From the NCBI GenBank assembly GCA_947628735.1, contig CANRAY010000004.1, positions 3,358 to 67,357 of the forward strand: DNA of 64,000 bases, given 5' to 3'. Source of the DNA: an uncultured Clostridia bacterium. Lineage in GTDB: Bacteria > Bacillota > Clostridia > TANB77 > CAG-508. Position numbers and translations under genes: made by a program. Of the stretch, positions 39,050 through 49,577 are shown piece after piece. How positions within the stretch are numbered: position 1 is the stretch's first letter; each line of letters opens with the position of its first letter. Below the pieces are notes generated by a model. The model was given only the letters and a program-made list of their open reading frames with translations, was not told the origin of the DNA and searched no databases.

Positions 39050-40336
39050 TTATTTTTTTGGCTCTAATTTTTCAATTCCACCCATATATGGACGAAGGAC
39101 TTCTGGAATTGTAACACTTCCATCAGCTTGATAGTGATTTTCTAAAAATGCAATTAACATACGTGGAGGAGCCACTACAGTATTGTTTAATGTATGAGCG
39201 TAGTAGTTTCCTTTTTCACCTTTTATACGGATACCAAGACGCCTTGCTTGTGCATCAGTTAGATTTGAACAACTTCCCACTTCAAAATATTTTTGTTGTC
39301 TTGGACTCCAAGCTTCTACATCACAACTTTTAGCTTTTAAGTCTGCTAAATCTCCACTGCAACATTCTAGAGTACGTACAGGGATGTCCATACTTCTAAA
39401 TAATTCTACTGTATATGACCATAATTTATCATACCATTCCCAGCTATCTTCTGGTTCGCATACAACAATCATTTCTTGTTTTTCAAATTGATGAATACGA
39501 TAAACACCACGTTCTTCTATACCATGAGCGCCTTTTTCTTTTCTAAAACAAGGAGAATAAGAGGTCATTGTATAAGGCATGTCTTGTTTTTGAAGAATTT
39601 GATCTTTAAATTTACCTATCATAGAATGTTCACTTGTACCAATTAAATATAAATCTTCACCTTCGATTTTATACATCATAGCATCCATTTCTTCGAAGCT
39701 CATAACACCAGTTACAACATCACTACGAATCATATATGGTGGGATACAATATGTGAAGCCTTTATTAATCATAAAATCTCTTGCATAAGATAGAATAGCA
39801 GAATGAAGTCTTGCAATATTTCCTGTTAAATAATAGAATCCATTTCCTGCTACTCTACGTGCAGAATCTAAATCAATTCCGTTTAGACTTTCCATAATAT
39901 CTGCATGATATGGAATCTCATAGTCTGGAACAACAGGATCTCCGAATTTTTCAATTTCTACATTTTTGCTATCATCTTCTCCAATTGGAACAGATTCATG
40001 AATGATATTTGGAATTTTCATCATTCTTTCTTTTATGTCATCAGCATATTGTTGTTCTAATTTTTCATTTTCAACTAGTTGATCATTAATTTCTTGTACT
40101 TGTTTTTTCATTTCTTCAGCTTCTGATTTCTTGCCATCTTTCATAAGAGCACCAATTTGGCTACTTATAGTGTTTCGTTTCATCCTTAGTTCGTCGCCTT
40201 TTAATTTAACATCTCTGTTTTTTTGATCAAGCTCTAGTACTTCATCAACTAATACAAGTTTGTGATTCTGAAACTTTTTCTTAATGTTTTCTTTTACAAT
40301 TTCAGGGTTTTCTCTTAAAAATTTAATATCTATCAT
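39050..40336 (-). CDS. serS: Serine--tRNA ligase
   Basis: N-terminal coiled-coil arm (MIDIKFLRENPE...). Class II motifs (FRKE, GxHQFEKQE, RxxxGxGxR-like). Start taken at the internal Met. The ORF-track extension covers leader RNA. Confidence 0.92.
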   Translation of the reverse strand: MIDIKFLRENPEIVKENIKKKFQNHKLVLVDEVLELDQKNRDVKLKGDELRMKRNTISSQIGALMKDGKKSEAEEMKKQVQEINDQLVENEKLEQQYADDIKERMMKIPNIIHESVPIGEDDSKNVEIEKFGDPVVPDYEIPYHADIMESLNGIDLDSARRVAGNGFYYLTGNIARLHSAILSYARDFMINKGFTYCIPPYMIRSDVVTGVMSFEEMDAMMYKIEGEDLYLIGTSEHSMIGKFKDQILQKQDMPYTMTSYSPCFRKEKGAHGIEERGVYRIHQFEKQEMIVVCEPEDSWEWYDKLWSYTVELFRSMDIPVRTLECCSGDLADLKAKSCDVEAWSPRQQKYFEVGSCSNLTDAQARRLGIRIKGEKGNYYAHTLNNTVVAPPRMLIAFLENHYQADGSVTIPEVLRPYMGGIEKLEPKK

Positions 40337-40640
40337 GTTTTTCCTCCTTTTGGGTCTGTGCAAGATAAACAAAAAACTCGCTCTTATTTGCATAAGGGCG
40401 AGTCTATATCTCACGGTACCACCTTAATTATTTAATCTAATGATTAATAACTCTATAATGCTTATAACCTAGCATCACTCGGTTCTATTTTCATAAAAAG
40501 CTTTAAAAGTAGATTCATAAATTCTTTTAAACTATTTTCACCATCCATAGTCTCTCTAAATAAAAGTTAATTTACTACTAATCTTTTATCAAACGCTTTA
40601 TGTATATTAATAACCAATATTCTAACATCTTTTTTTCAAA
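40337..40640 (-). promoter_or_regulatory. T-box riboswitch leader of serS
   Basis: The - strand contains AATTAAGGTGGTACCGTGAG (T-box consensus AGGGTGGNACCGCG). This is followed by a terminator hairpin (CTCGCCCTTAT...ATAAGAGCGAG) and TTTTTTG, immediately upstream of serS. Confidence 0.7.
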
Positions 40641-40845
40641 AAATCAATACCTAAAATGGAAAGTGCCAATTTTTAGAAAAAAATTTATGAATATGAAAAA
40701 GATGAACAAAAAAATACCAGTATTGTTTGAAGAAGCAGATGGATTATATAATTTAATAAAATAAGAAAAATGGTATGTAAAAAAATTGACAAAAATCGCT
40801 AAAAAGACATATAATATTTTTATCGAACTAAGGAGGAATGAAATA

Positions 40846-41904
40846 ATGAAAATAAAATCAACATTTAAGGAAAGTGCAAACAATTACTTGCCACATACAA
40901 GAAATGCTAATGGTATTACTCTTATTGCACTGGTTGTAACTATAATAATTTTAATTATATTAGCAATGGTAAGTATAGGAGCAATATTAGGAGACAATGG
41001 ATTAATAAATATGGCAACTAAATCTTCAGAGGAATATACTAAAAAAGCGGAAGAAGAACAAAAACAATTAAATGATATAGAAGATTATATAAATGATATT
41101 ACAAACTCAAATTGGGAAAATTATGATGATGATTCAGGTAAAGAAGAAACACCAAAATTAGAAACACCCAAATTAGAAAAACCAACTGGTGACGATAAAA
41201 CTTTAGAAATAGGTGAAGTTGTAATAAATAATAATCCTTTAGATAAAGGTTGGAAATATTTCTGTCAAGATGAAGATAATTATTATTTTATATACGAAGA
41301 TTTTTTTGATAGTGATGCAATTCCGAATCCTGGTACAACACGTGGTGGTTGGATACGAATAACAGAACCATATAATCTTATGTCATTATATAGTAATAGT
41401 AGTAATCAAGAAAGACAAGATGATTTAGTTAATTATTTATTAGGTGCAAAAAATTACGCAGGTATATGGGATCCAGTAACAGAGGCTATTAAAGAAGCAT
41501 TAAGAAAAAAAGATTTACCTGAAGAAGAAATAAATAAGATTTCTACAACAGGATCACCAATGAAAGAACAATTTGCAGATGCATATAATGAAAGATATGG
41601 TGAAACTAAAAAATTGGTTGTTACAGGTCAGACTAGCAATTATTATGGGGATTATAACTTAGGAAATTTTGGATATGTAAAAAGTTTAGATTTGACTGAC
41701 GAAGAAATTTATAATAATGATTTATTTTTTCCTCATCATGAAAAATATGAAGGATGTCCCGGTTATTGGTTAGCATCTGCTTCAAATATGCATTGGTATG
41801 TATGTTATGTATCTTGTATGGATTGTAAACTTGGTACAAATGATGGTGGAGTAATGGCCGGAATACGTCCATTAGTTAAAATTCCAAAATCTTTATTTGA
41901 ATAA
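40846..41904 (+). CDS. Large pilin-like protein (352 aa) with a conserved 23-aa leader and Glu5-less prepilin signal
   Basis: MKIKSTFKESANNYLPHTRNANG|ITLIALVVTIIILIILA, a paralogue of the 30606 gene. AGGAGGAA SD. Cys- and aromatic-rich C-terminus. Confidence 0.65.
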   Translation: MKIKSTFKESANNYLPHTRNANGITLIALVVTIIILIILAMVSIGAILGDNGLINMATKSSEEYTKKAEEEQKQLNDIEDYINDITNSNWENYDDDSGKEETPKLETPKLEKPTGDDKTLEIGEVVINNNPLDKGWKYFCQDEDNYYFIYEDFFDSDAIPNPGTTRGGWIRITEPYNLMSLYSNSSNQERQDDLVNYLLGAKNYAGIWDPVTEAIKEALRKKDLPEEEINKISTTGSPMKEQFADAYNERYGETKKLVVTGQTSNYYGDYNLGNFGYVKSLDLTDEEIYNNDLFFPHHEKYEGCPGYWLASASNMHWYVCYVSCMDCKLGTNDGGVMAGIRPLVKIPKSLFE

Positions 41905-41930
41905 AAAACAAAAGTAGGTACAATTGAAGT

Positions 41931-41973
41931 GAACCCAAATTATTAGACAAAATAAGTTTAATAATTTGGGTTC
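41931..41973. repeat. Perfect 13-bp inverted repeat with a 17-nt spacer
   Basis: GAACCCAAATTAT...ATAATTTGGGTTC, with no following T-run. Adjacent to the transposase remnant. Confidence 0.5.
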
Positions 41974-42053
41974 ATACTCGGCTTTACAATACCTTAAAAT
42001 ATGAAAGTTACATTTAGCTTGTTGTGATTGCACAAATGAATTATGTATTTTAT

Positions 42054-42202
42054 TATGATCGTGGCATATTGTCCATATCTCCGATTACACTCATAAATTT
42101 ACCATTTACTTTTATTGGTGTTTCATCTTCATGAGTGACAGGTGCTCTTAGAATTTGTTGTTTCATTTTATCTAAAATATTTTTACTCTTTTTACTAAAT
42201 TA
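42054..42202 (-). pseudogene. IS66-family-like transposase remnant (short fragment)
   Basis: The - strand reads ...FSKKSKNILDKMKQQILRAPVTHEDETPIKVNGKFMSV...* and carries an H(E/A)DETP motif like that of IS66 TnpC. Only about 50 codons survive. Confidence 0.35.
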
Positions 42203-42324
42203 GGCAACGGTATTGCTAATTGTGTCATGACACATCTTTATTTTTCCATTATATCCAAGATATGAATAAATAATAAAGCAAAAAATTAACATAATAGTTA
42301 ATGAAATAGTGGAGAAAAATAATT

Positions 42325-43191
42325 ATGAATTTATGGTTAGAAATATTAGAATTTTTATTATATTCAATTTTGATTGTTTTGATTTCAAAATACATATTAG
42401 TATGTATTTTAAGAAGAATAGGGGAATTATTAAGGTTAAAATCTAAAACAATTGGAAACATAGCTGGAGTTGCTACATCTATTCCGGAACTTTTAACAGC
42501 TTCTTTTTCAGCGATGAGTGGCTTTATTTTAACAAGTACTTATAATATTATAAGCTCTAATATTATAAATGTGGTGCAGTATATGTTTACTGTTATTTTA
42601 AATAAGAATTCTAAAATATTAAAAAATAAAGCTTTAAAAATAGATCTTATATTAGTTGGATTTACTATTTTAATTCCAATTTTAATGAGAATATTTCATT
42701 TTGAAACTCAAGGAATATTGATACCAATTTTTATACTATTATTGTTTGTGTTTTATCGTATTACAAATAATGCACATAGCTTGTATTCAAAAGTGGAGAA
42801 AAATCAAAATGAAAACAAATATGAAGAGAATGAAAAAGATCAAGAAAAGAAATCTAATATTAGTGTGTATTCAAGAAAAGAGATTAGCTCAGTTGTATTA
42901 CAAGCAATTTTACTTGCAATTGTAGGAATACTTTTATATGGTATTGGAAATTTATTAAGTAATGTATTAGAAAATTTGTGTATTAGGTTTGAAATACCGG
43001 AATTTATTTTAGGTATTTTATTAGGTTTTATTACCAGTCTTCCAGAATTTATTACTTTTTTAGAATCACAAAAACATCATAAAGAAGATTTGGAAGGAGT
43101 AGTAGAAGCAACAAGTAATTTATTAACTTCTAATTTGATGAATTTATTTGTAATTCAATCGATTGCCATTTTTTTATTTTTGATTTTGTAA
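42325..43191 (+). CDS. CaCA-family (Na+/Ca2+ exchanger-like, YrbG-type) membrane antiporter
   Basis: Two alpha-repeat signatures (GVATSIPELLTA and GFITSLPEFITF) separated by a charged cytoplasmic loop. Confidence 0.65.
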   Translation: MNLWLEILEFLLYSILIVLISKYILVCILRRIGELLRLKSKTIGNIAGVATSIPELLTASFSAMSGFILTSTYNIISSNIINVVQYMFTVILNKNSKILKNKALKIDLILVGFTILIPILMRIFHFETQGILIPIFILLLFVFYRITNNAHSLYSKVEKNQNENKYEENEKDQEKKSNISVYSRKEISSVVLQAILLAIVGILLYGIGNLLSNVLENLCIRFEIPEFILGILLGFITSLPEFITFLESQKHHKEDLEGVVEATSNLLTSNLMNLFVIQSIAIFLFLIL

Positions 43192-43261
43192 TTTTCATAA
43201 AATATGCATATTTGGAAAATAAATAGAATATACTATTAGAAATATATGGTAGGAGAAACAT

Positions 43262-43537
43262 ATGAGTGAAGAGTATATTAGAGATGAAAGAATTAGAGAC
43301 AAGTCTGATGATGAGAAAAATTTAGAATTAATTATTAATGTTATTAAAACTAAAAAAGAATTAAATGAGGCACATAAAAATTTTGAATATGCAGAAGAAG
43401 GATTAATTGATTATTATGCTTATCAGATTAAAGCAAATCAAATTAAATTAGATTATCTAATGAAAAAAGCAAGAAAAAAGGGAATTGCATTAGATATGAT
43501 AAATGAAATTTATATTCGAAATTATAAAGCACAGTAA
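43262..43537 (+). CDS. yaaL: YaaL/DUF2508 family sporulation-associated protein
   Basis: 91 aa. The ...IDYYAYQIKANQIKLDYLMKKARKKG pattern fits DUF2508. Sits immediately upstream of bofA, as in Bacillus (yaaL-bofA). Confidence 0.55.
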   Translation: MSEEYIRDERIRDKSDDEKNLELIINVIKTKKELNEAHKNFEYAEEGLIDYYAYQIKANQIKLDYLMKKARKKGIALDMINEIYIRNYKAQ

Positions 43538-43592
43538 TTAGTCATATTTGTCCAAGATGATTCATAAAATGGGACATAAGAGGTGAATCATC

Positions 43593-43865
43593 TTGGACTT
43601 TAATAGTGGTATTACATTTTTATCATGTATTATTTTTCTTTTATTATTTGGAAAAATTTTTTATCTTCCTTTAAAGCATGTTTTGAAAATTGTTTTTAAT
43701 TCATTATTAGGAGCAATTTTGTTGTTTTTTATTAATGTTATTGGTCAAAATTTTGGATTTCATATTGGTATTAATATTTTAACTGCCTTATGTGTAGGAC
43801 TTTTGGGCATTCCAGGTGCTGGACTGCTTGTTGTCTTACAAGTTATTCTACGGTTACTGATTTAG
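43593..43865 (+). CDS. bofA: Pro-sigma-K processing inhibitor BofA
   Basis: Two-TM 90-aa protein. IGINILTALCVGLLGIPGAGLLVVL matches the conserved BofA C-terminal block. Confidence 0.7.
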   Translation: MDFNSGITFLSCIIFLLLFGKIFYLPLKHVLKIVFNSLLGAILLFFINVIGQNFGFHIGINILTALCVGLLGIPGAGLLVVLQVILRLLI

Positions 43866-45684
43866 CAAGATTTCTAGGCTTATCAACATCTAATCCTTTA
43901 TTCTTAGAAATATAGTATGCTAATAGTTGTAATGGTATAATAGAAAGAATAGGTGAAAGAAGAGGATGAGTTTCTGGAATATTAATTACAAAATCAAAAT
44001 GTGTATTTGGTAAACTTTGATTTGTAATTACTAAAGTTCTAGCTCCTCTTGTAATTACTTCTTGTAAATTACTGATTGATTTTTCTACAAGATCTGGGTT
44101 AGTTATAATACCTATTACTGTAACTCCGTTTTCTATTAATGCAATAGGACCATGTTTTAATTCACCTGCAGCATAAGCTTCAGAATGAATATAAGAAATT
44201 TCTTTTAATTTTAAAGATCCTTCTAGAGCCACAGAATAATCATTTCCACGACCTAAGAAAAACATATCTTTTTGAGTATATACTTTTTTTGCAAATCTTT
44301 TTATTTCATTTACGTTTTGTAGTAAAGTTTCTACTTTTGTAGGTAAATCTAAAATGTTTTCTTTTAATTCTTCTATAGTATTTGTATCACATCTGTCTAA
44401 TTGTTCAGCAAAGTAAATTGCTAGCATAGTAACTAATACGACTTGAGAAGTATATGCTTTTGTTGATGCTACTGCAATTTCAGGTCCTGCATGTGTATAA
44501 ATAGAATAGTCAGCTTCTCTTGTAATTGAACTTCCAATAACATTAGAAATTGCAATTGTTTTAGCATTTTTTGCTTTGGCTAATTTTAAAGCTGCGATTG
44601 TATCTGCTGTTTCACCAGACTGACTAATATAAATACATAGTGTGTTTTCATCAATTAGAGGGTCTTGATAACGAAATTCTGATGCAATATTAACTTCTAC
44701 TGGAATTTTACAAAGCTTTTCAAATACTGGTTTTCCTACTAATCCAGCGTTCATTGCAGTTCCACAGGCCACAATATATATTCTATGAATATTTTGAAGA
44801 TATTCTTTAGATAAGTTTAAATCTTCAAAAGTACATTTTTCTCCAAGATGAAATCTCGAACCAACGGTTTCTCGTATAGCAGTTGGCTGTTCGAAAATTT
44901 CTTTTAACATATAATCCTCGAAACCATCTTTTCCAGCTGCATTTGCATCCCAATCTATATTTTTAATTGCTTTATTATGCTTAACTAAACTAGCATCATA
45001 AAATTCTGTTTTATTTTGATAAATTACAGCGAATTCATTGTCATCTAAAAAGTAAAAATCTTTAGTATATGGTAATATAGCTGGAATATCTGATGCAATG
45101 TAATTTTCTCCATTAGATTTTCCGATAACAAGAGGACTATCTTTGCGAACAACTACAATCCTATCAGGATAAAGTGATGAAATTACTTCAATAGCATAAC
45201 TTCCTTTTAGTTGATTAACAGCTGATTTAACAGCATATAAAAATTTATCATTATTTTCTAAAACATTATGTTCAAAATGATAATGAATTAAGTTTGGAAT
45301 TACTTCTGTATCTGTTTCAGATAGAAAAGTGTATCCATTTTGCATTAGGAAATCTCTTAGTTCATGGTAATTTTCAATAATACCATTATGTACAACGGCA
45401 AATGTATTACTATTGTCCATATGAGGGTGTGCATTTTCCATTGAAGGTTTACCATGAGTTGCCCATCTAGTATGTGCAATTCCTATGGTTCCATTTAAAT
45501 CTTGAATTCCTTCTAAATTATATAAATTATTTACTCTACCTTTATCTTTTTTTACTTGAATTTTATTATCTTCAATGGTAGCGATTCCAGCAGAATCGTA
45601 ACCTCTATATTCTAAAGCCAAAAGGCCATTAATTAAAATTGGTTGTGCTTTCTTTTCACCAATATAACCTACAATTCCACACAT
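43843..45684 (-). CDS. glmS: Glutamine--fructose-6-phosphate aminotransferase
   Basis: MCGIVGYIG N-terminal nucleophile and two SIS domains. 613 aa. Confidence 0.95.
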   Translation of the reverse strand: MCGIVGYIGEKKAQPILINGLLALEYRGYDSAGIATIEDNKIQVKKDKGRVNNLYNLEGIQDLNGTIGIAHTRWATHGKPSMENAHPHMDNSNTFAVVHNGIIENYHELRDFLMQNGYTFLSETDTEVIPNLIHYHFEHNVLENNDKFLYAVKSAVNQLKGSYAIEVISSLYPDRIVVVRKDSPLVIGKSNGENYIASDIPAILPYTKDFYFLDDNEFAVIYQNKTEFYDASLVKHNKAIKNIDWDANAAGKDGFEDYMLKEIFEQPTAIRETVGSRFHLGEKCTFEDLNLSKEYLQNIHRIYIVACGTAMNAGLVGKPVFEKLCKIPVEVNIASEFRYQDPLIDENTLCIYISQSGETADTIAALKLAKAKNAKTIAISNVIGSSITREADYSIYTHAGPEIAVASTKAYTSQVVLVTMLAIYFAEQLDRCDTNTIEELKENILDLPTKVETLLQNVNEIKRFAKKVYTQKDMFFLGRGNDYSVALEGSLKLKEISYIHSEAYAAGELKHGPIALIENGVTVIGIITNPDLVEKSISNLQEVITRGARTLVITNQSLPNTHFDFVINIPETHPLLSPILSIIPLQLLAYYISKNKGLDVDKPRNLAKSVTVE

Positions 45685-45883
45685 AAAAAAACCTCCTTTG
45701 TTATTGTATCATATTACTATAAAAGAAAAAAAGTGTCAAACAAAAGGTGGAAAAGTGCTAAATTTTAAATATTTACGCTATTTTTTATTGAAGAAAGAGG
45801 GGATTTTGTGGTAAAATAGAAAGGTATCAGAGAAATTTGAAGATAAGATCAATTTTAAAAATTGATAAAAATAGAGGAGAAAA

Positions 45884-47731
45884 ATGTTTGATATTGAAGC
45901 AGAATTAAAAAAGTTACCATCTAAGCCAGGTGTCTATATTATGCATGATGTTAATGATAAGATTATTTATGTAGGTAAAGCAATTTCATTAAAGAATCGT
46001 GTAAGACAATATTTTCGTAAAACGAATAAAACAAAAAGAATTGAAAATATGGTTTCATTAATAGATCACTTTGAATATATTGTTACTGACAATGAGGCAG
46101 AGGCTTTAATTTTGGAATGTAATTTGATTAAAAAAAATATGCCAAAGTTTAATGTATTGTTAAAGGATGATAAAACATATCCATATATTAAAGTAAATGT
46201 CAAAGCAGATTATCCAGATATTTATATAACGAGAAGAATTTTAAATGATGGGGCAAAGTATTTTGGACCATATGCTGCTGCTGGTAGTGCAAAAGAAATG
46301 ATTGATTTTATTAAAGCAAAATTTAAGATAAGACAATGTAGAAGTTTTAAATATAAAGATAGACCTTGTTTAAATTATCATATAAAAAAATGTTTTGCTC
46401 CTTGTATGGGATATATTTCAAAAGAAGAATATAGAAAACAAATTGATGAAATTATAGATGTTCTTGAAGGTAAAACAGAAAAAATAGAGAAGCAAATTAA
46501 GGAAGAAATGGAGGTAGCTTCTCAAAAAATGCAATATGAACAAGCTGCGTATTTGAGAGATAAATTACAAGCAATAGAAAGAATTAGTGCTAAACAAAAA
46601 GTATCAAATTTATCAGAAAATGATATTGATGTAATCGGTATTGCTAGAAATGATAATCAAGTATGTGTAGAGCTATTTTTTGTTCGCAAGAGTAAAATGA
46701 TAGGTAGAGAGCACTATTTCTTAGCTAATATGGTGGATGAAACAGATGAGGAAATTTTATCAAATTTTATAAAACAGTATTATATGGATAGACCATTATT
46801 ACCAAGTAAAATTATGATAAGAGAAGAAATTGAGGAAAAAGATTTATTAGGAGAATTGTTATCAAAAAGATCTGGACATAAAGTAGAGATAAAATCTCCA
46901 CAAAAAGGTGAAAAATTAAGATTAGTAGAAATGGCTGAAAATAATGCTAAAATTACTTTGGAAAATAAGGAAAAAGATAAAACAGCTATTTTAATGGAAC
47001 TTAAAGAAGTATTACAAATGTCAAAGCTACCAAGAAAAATTGAGTGTTATGATATTTCAAATTTATCTGGAGAATTTGTGGTTGCAGGTATGTGTGTAAT
47101 GCAAGATGGAGTGATAAAAAAGAACTTATCAAGACGTTTTAAAATAAAAACAGTTATTGGACAGGATGATCCAAGATGTATGAAAGAAGTTATTACAAGA
47201 CGTTTAAAACATTCTATTCCTATTTTAAATGAAGAAAAATCTACAGGCTTTGGGGAGCTTCCAGATGTTATTTTTGTTGATGGAGGTATTACTCAAATTC
47301 GTGCGGCAAAAGAGGCAATTCAAGAAATTCGTAAAGAAATTTTTGCAAAGGATAGGGAATATGATTTTGCAAAAGTAGATATAAAACTATTTGGTATGGT
47401 AAAAGATGATAAACATTCTACAAGAGCATTAATTGATGAGGAAAGAAATGAACTTCCACTTTCTGAAAAATTAATGAATTTAATTACTAATTTTCAAGAT
47501 ACAGTTCATGACACAGCAATTGGTTATCATAAAAAGCTTCGTGATCAAGCTATTACAAAGTCAGAATTAGATAATATCCAAGGTATTGGAGAAAAGAAAA
47601 AACAAGAATTACTAAAGAAATTTGGAAGTGTTGAAAAAATAAAAAAGGCAAAAATAGAAGAAATTGCTCAAATAAAAGGAATTAATGAAGAACTAGCAAT
47701 GAAAATTAAGGAAGAATTAACAAAAAAGTAG
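45884..47731 (+). CDS. uvrC: Excinuclease ABC subunit C
   Basis: GIY-YIG (GVYIMHD...IYVGKA), UvrC Cys-rich region, RNase H-like and HhH domains. 615 aa. Confidence 0.95.
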   Translation: MFDIEAELKKLPSKPGVYIMHDVNDKIIYVGKAISLKNRVRQYFRKTNKTKRIENMVSLIDHFEYIVTDNEAEALILECNLIKKNMPKFNVLLKDDKTYPYIKVNVKADYPDIYITRRILNDGAKYFGPYAAAGSAKEMIDFIKAKFKIRQCRSFKYKDRPCLNYHIKKCFAPCMGYISKEEYRKQIDEIIDVLEGKTEKIEKQIKEEMEVASQKMQYEQAAYLRDKLQAIERISAKQKVSNLSENDIDVIGIARNDNQVCVELFFVRKSKMIGREHYFLANMVDETDEEILSNFIKQYYMDRPLLPSKIMIREEIEEKDLLGELLSKRSGHKVEIKSPQKGEKLRLVEMAENNAKITLENKEKDKTAILMELKEVLQMSKLPRKIECYDISNLSGEFVVAGMCVMQDGVIKKNLSRRFKIKTVIGQDDPRCMKEVITRRLKHSIPILNEEKSTGFGELPDVIFVDGGITQIRAAKEAIQEIRKEIFAKDREYDFAKVDIKLFGMVKDDKHSTRALIDEERNELPLSEKLMNLITNFQDTVHDTAIGYHKKLRDQAITKSELDNIQGIGEKKKQELLKKFGSVEKIKKAKIEEIAQIKGINEELAMKIKEELTKK

Positions 47732-47802
47732 GAATATGATACACGATTATAGTCATAAAAATTTTTCACTTGGAATATATTTTCTATAGGAGGGGAATTT
47801 TT

Positions 47803-48000
47803 ATGGAATATACAAAAGATGTTATTTTTCGTGTTCAATATGGACAAGATTCAAAAAGGAAAATTCAATTATTAGATAGGATAATGCAAAAAATTAAAAG
47901 GCATAAATTAATTACTGTTACAATTGGTATGGTAGTAATGTTAGGAGTTTTAGATTTTGTTCTATTATCAAGTTTTATTCAGATATTAAGTGGGATATAG
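47803..48000 (+). CDS. Small hypothetical protein with a C-terminal TM helix
   Basis: GGAGGGG SD followed by ATG. 65 aa. Confidence 0.3.
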   Translation: MEYTKDVIFRVQYGQDSKRKIQLLDRIMQKIKRHKLITVTIGMVVMLGVLDFVLLSSFIQILSGI

Positions 48001-48020
48001 AATGAAAAAAGGAGAAAGAA

Positions 48021-48887
48021 ATGAATGTAGCAAATCAATGGGAAGATTACGAAATATTAGATATGGCAAATGGGGAAAAATTAGAAAGATGGAAAGATAT
48101 TATTTTAGTGAGACCAGATCCTCAAATTATTTGGAAAAATCCATCTTTTCCGGAAATATGGAAAAGGGCAAATGCTGTTTATAGAAGGAGTAATACAGGA
48201 GGAGGACACTGGGAATATAATAAAAAAGTTCCAGATAGTTGGCAAGTGAAATATAAGGAATTAACATTTAATATAAAGCCAATGGGATTTAAGCATACAG
48301 GACTATTTCCAGAACAAGCAGTTAATTGGGATTGGATGATTAATAAAATTCAAAAAGCTAATAGACCAATTAAAGTTTTAAATTTATTTGCTTATACAGG
48401 TGGAGCAACAGTTGCGTGTAGTTATGCAGGTGCTCAAGTATGTCACGTTGATAGTTCAAAGGGAATGACAACATGGGCAAAAGAAAATATGGCATCATCA
48501 GGACTAGCAGATAGACCAGTTCGATATATTGTAGATGATGTTGTGAAATTTGTGAACAGAGAGATTCGTAGAGGAAATAAATATGATGCAATTATTATGG
48601 ATCCACCATCTTATGGTAGAGGAACAAGTGGAGAAGTATGGAAATTTGAAGAAAATATTTCTGACTTAGTAGAATTATGTACGAAAGTTTTATCAGAGAA
48701 ATCTTTATTTTTCTTAATTAATTCATATACAACAGGAATTTCAAGTATGGTATTGCAAGATATTTTAAATTTAACAATAGGAAAGAATTATGAAGGAAAA
48801 ATAGAAAGTGGAGAAGTTGGCTTACCAATGAAGTCTTCGAAGTTAATTCTTCCTTGTGGAATTTATGGAAGATGGGAGAGCAAATAA
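48021..48887 (+). CDS. Class I SAM-dependent (RlmI/RlmK-like) RNA methyltransferase
   Basis: Rossmann-fold methyltransferase with a DPPSY catalytic motif and YTGG SAM-binding region. Confidence 0.7.
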   Translation: MNVANQWEDYEILDMANGEKLERWKDIILVRPDPQIIWKNPSFPEIWKRANAVYRRSNTGGGHWEYNKKVPDSWQVKYKELTFNIKPMGFKHTGLFPEQAVNWDWMINKIQKANRPIKVLNLFAYTGGATVACSYAGAQVCHVDSSKGMTTWAKENMASSGLADRPVRYIVDDVVKFVNREIRRGNKYDAIIMDPPSYGRGTSGEVWKFEENISDLVELCTKVLSEKSLFFLINSYTTGISSMVLQDILNLTIGKNYEGKIESGEVGLPMKSSKLILPCGIYGRWESK

Positions 48888-49577
48888 TGCAAAATTTAAA
48901 AGTAATATACGAAGATAATCATATAATTGTTGTAGAAAAACCAGTTAATATTCCATCACAAGGAGATAAAACAGGTGATGTTGATATGCTAACAATTATT
49001 AAAGAATACTTAAAAGAAAAATATAACAAGCCTGGAAATGTATATTTGGGTTTAGTGCATAGATTGGATAGACCAGTTGGAGGAGTAATGGTATTTGCTA
49101 AAACCTCTAAGGCGGCATCAAGGTTAAGTGAACAAGTAAGAGAAAAACAATTTCAAAAAAATTATTTGGTTATTGTTAATGGAAAAATGGAGCAGAATGT
49201 ACGGTACATTAGAAGATTATCTTTTAAAAAATGAAAAAAATAATACAAGTAAGGTAGTTAAAGAAGGAACGAAAAACAGTAAATTTGCTTGTTTAGATTA
49301 TGAGGTTTTAAAATATGATGAAGAACTGGATTTATCTGTTTTAAAAATTGTGTTACATACAGGAAGACATCATCAAATTCGTGTACAACTTTCAAGTAGA
49401 AATCATAGCATATATGGTGATCAAAAATATGGGGGAAGGGGTCATGGAAAACAAATTACTCTTTGGGCATATCAATTAAAAATAATTCATCCAGTGAGCA
49501 AAGAAGAAATGGTATTTACTTCTTTACCAGAGAAAAATGGAAGTTGGAAGATACTAGAAGGAATTAATAATTTATAA
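48887..49577 (+). pseudogene. RluA-family pseudouridine synthase interrupted by a +1 frameshift
   Basis: The N-terminal half has HRLDRPVGGVMVFAKT (catalytic Asp). The C-terminal half (HTGRHHQIRVQLS) is in another frame. Frames join near 49195-49210 (KMEQN | GTLEDYLL). Confidence 0.7.

Noticed and set aside
40644-40883. 79-aa - strand ORF between the serS leader and the pilin-like gene
   Set aside because: It lies across the T-box leader and the promoter/SD region of the + strand gene. It is extremely Phe/Ile-rich, as expected from AT-rich noncoding DNA.
45685-45883. glmS ribozyme upstream of glmS
   Set aside because: The 200-nt divergent intergenic region is AT-rich and lacks the GC-rich conserved ribozyme core. 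Only promoter-like sequence is present.
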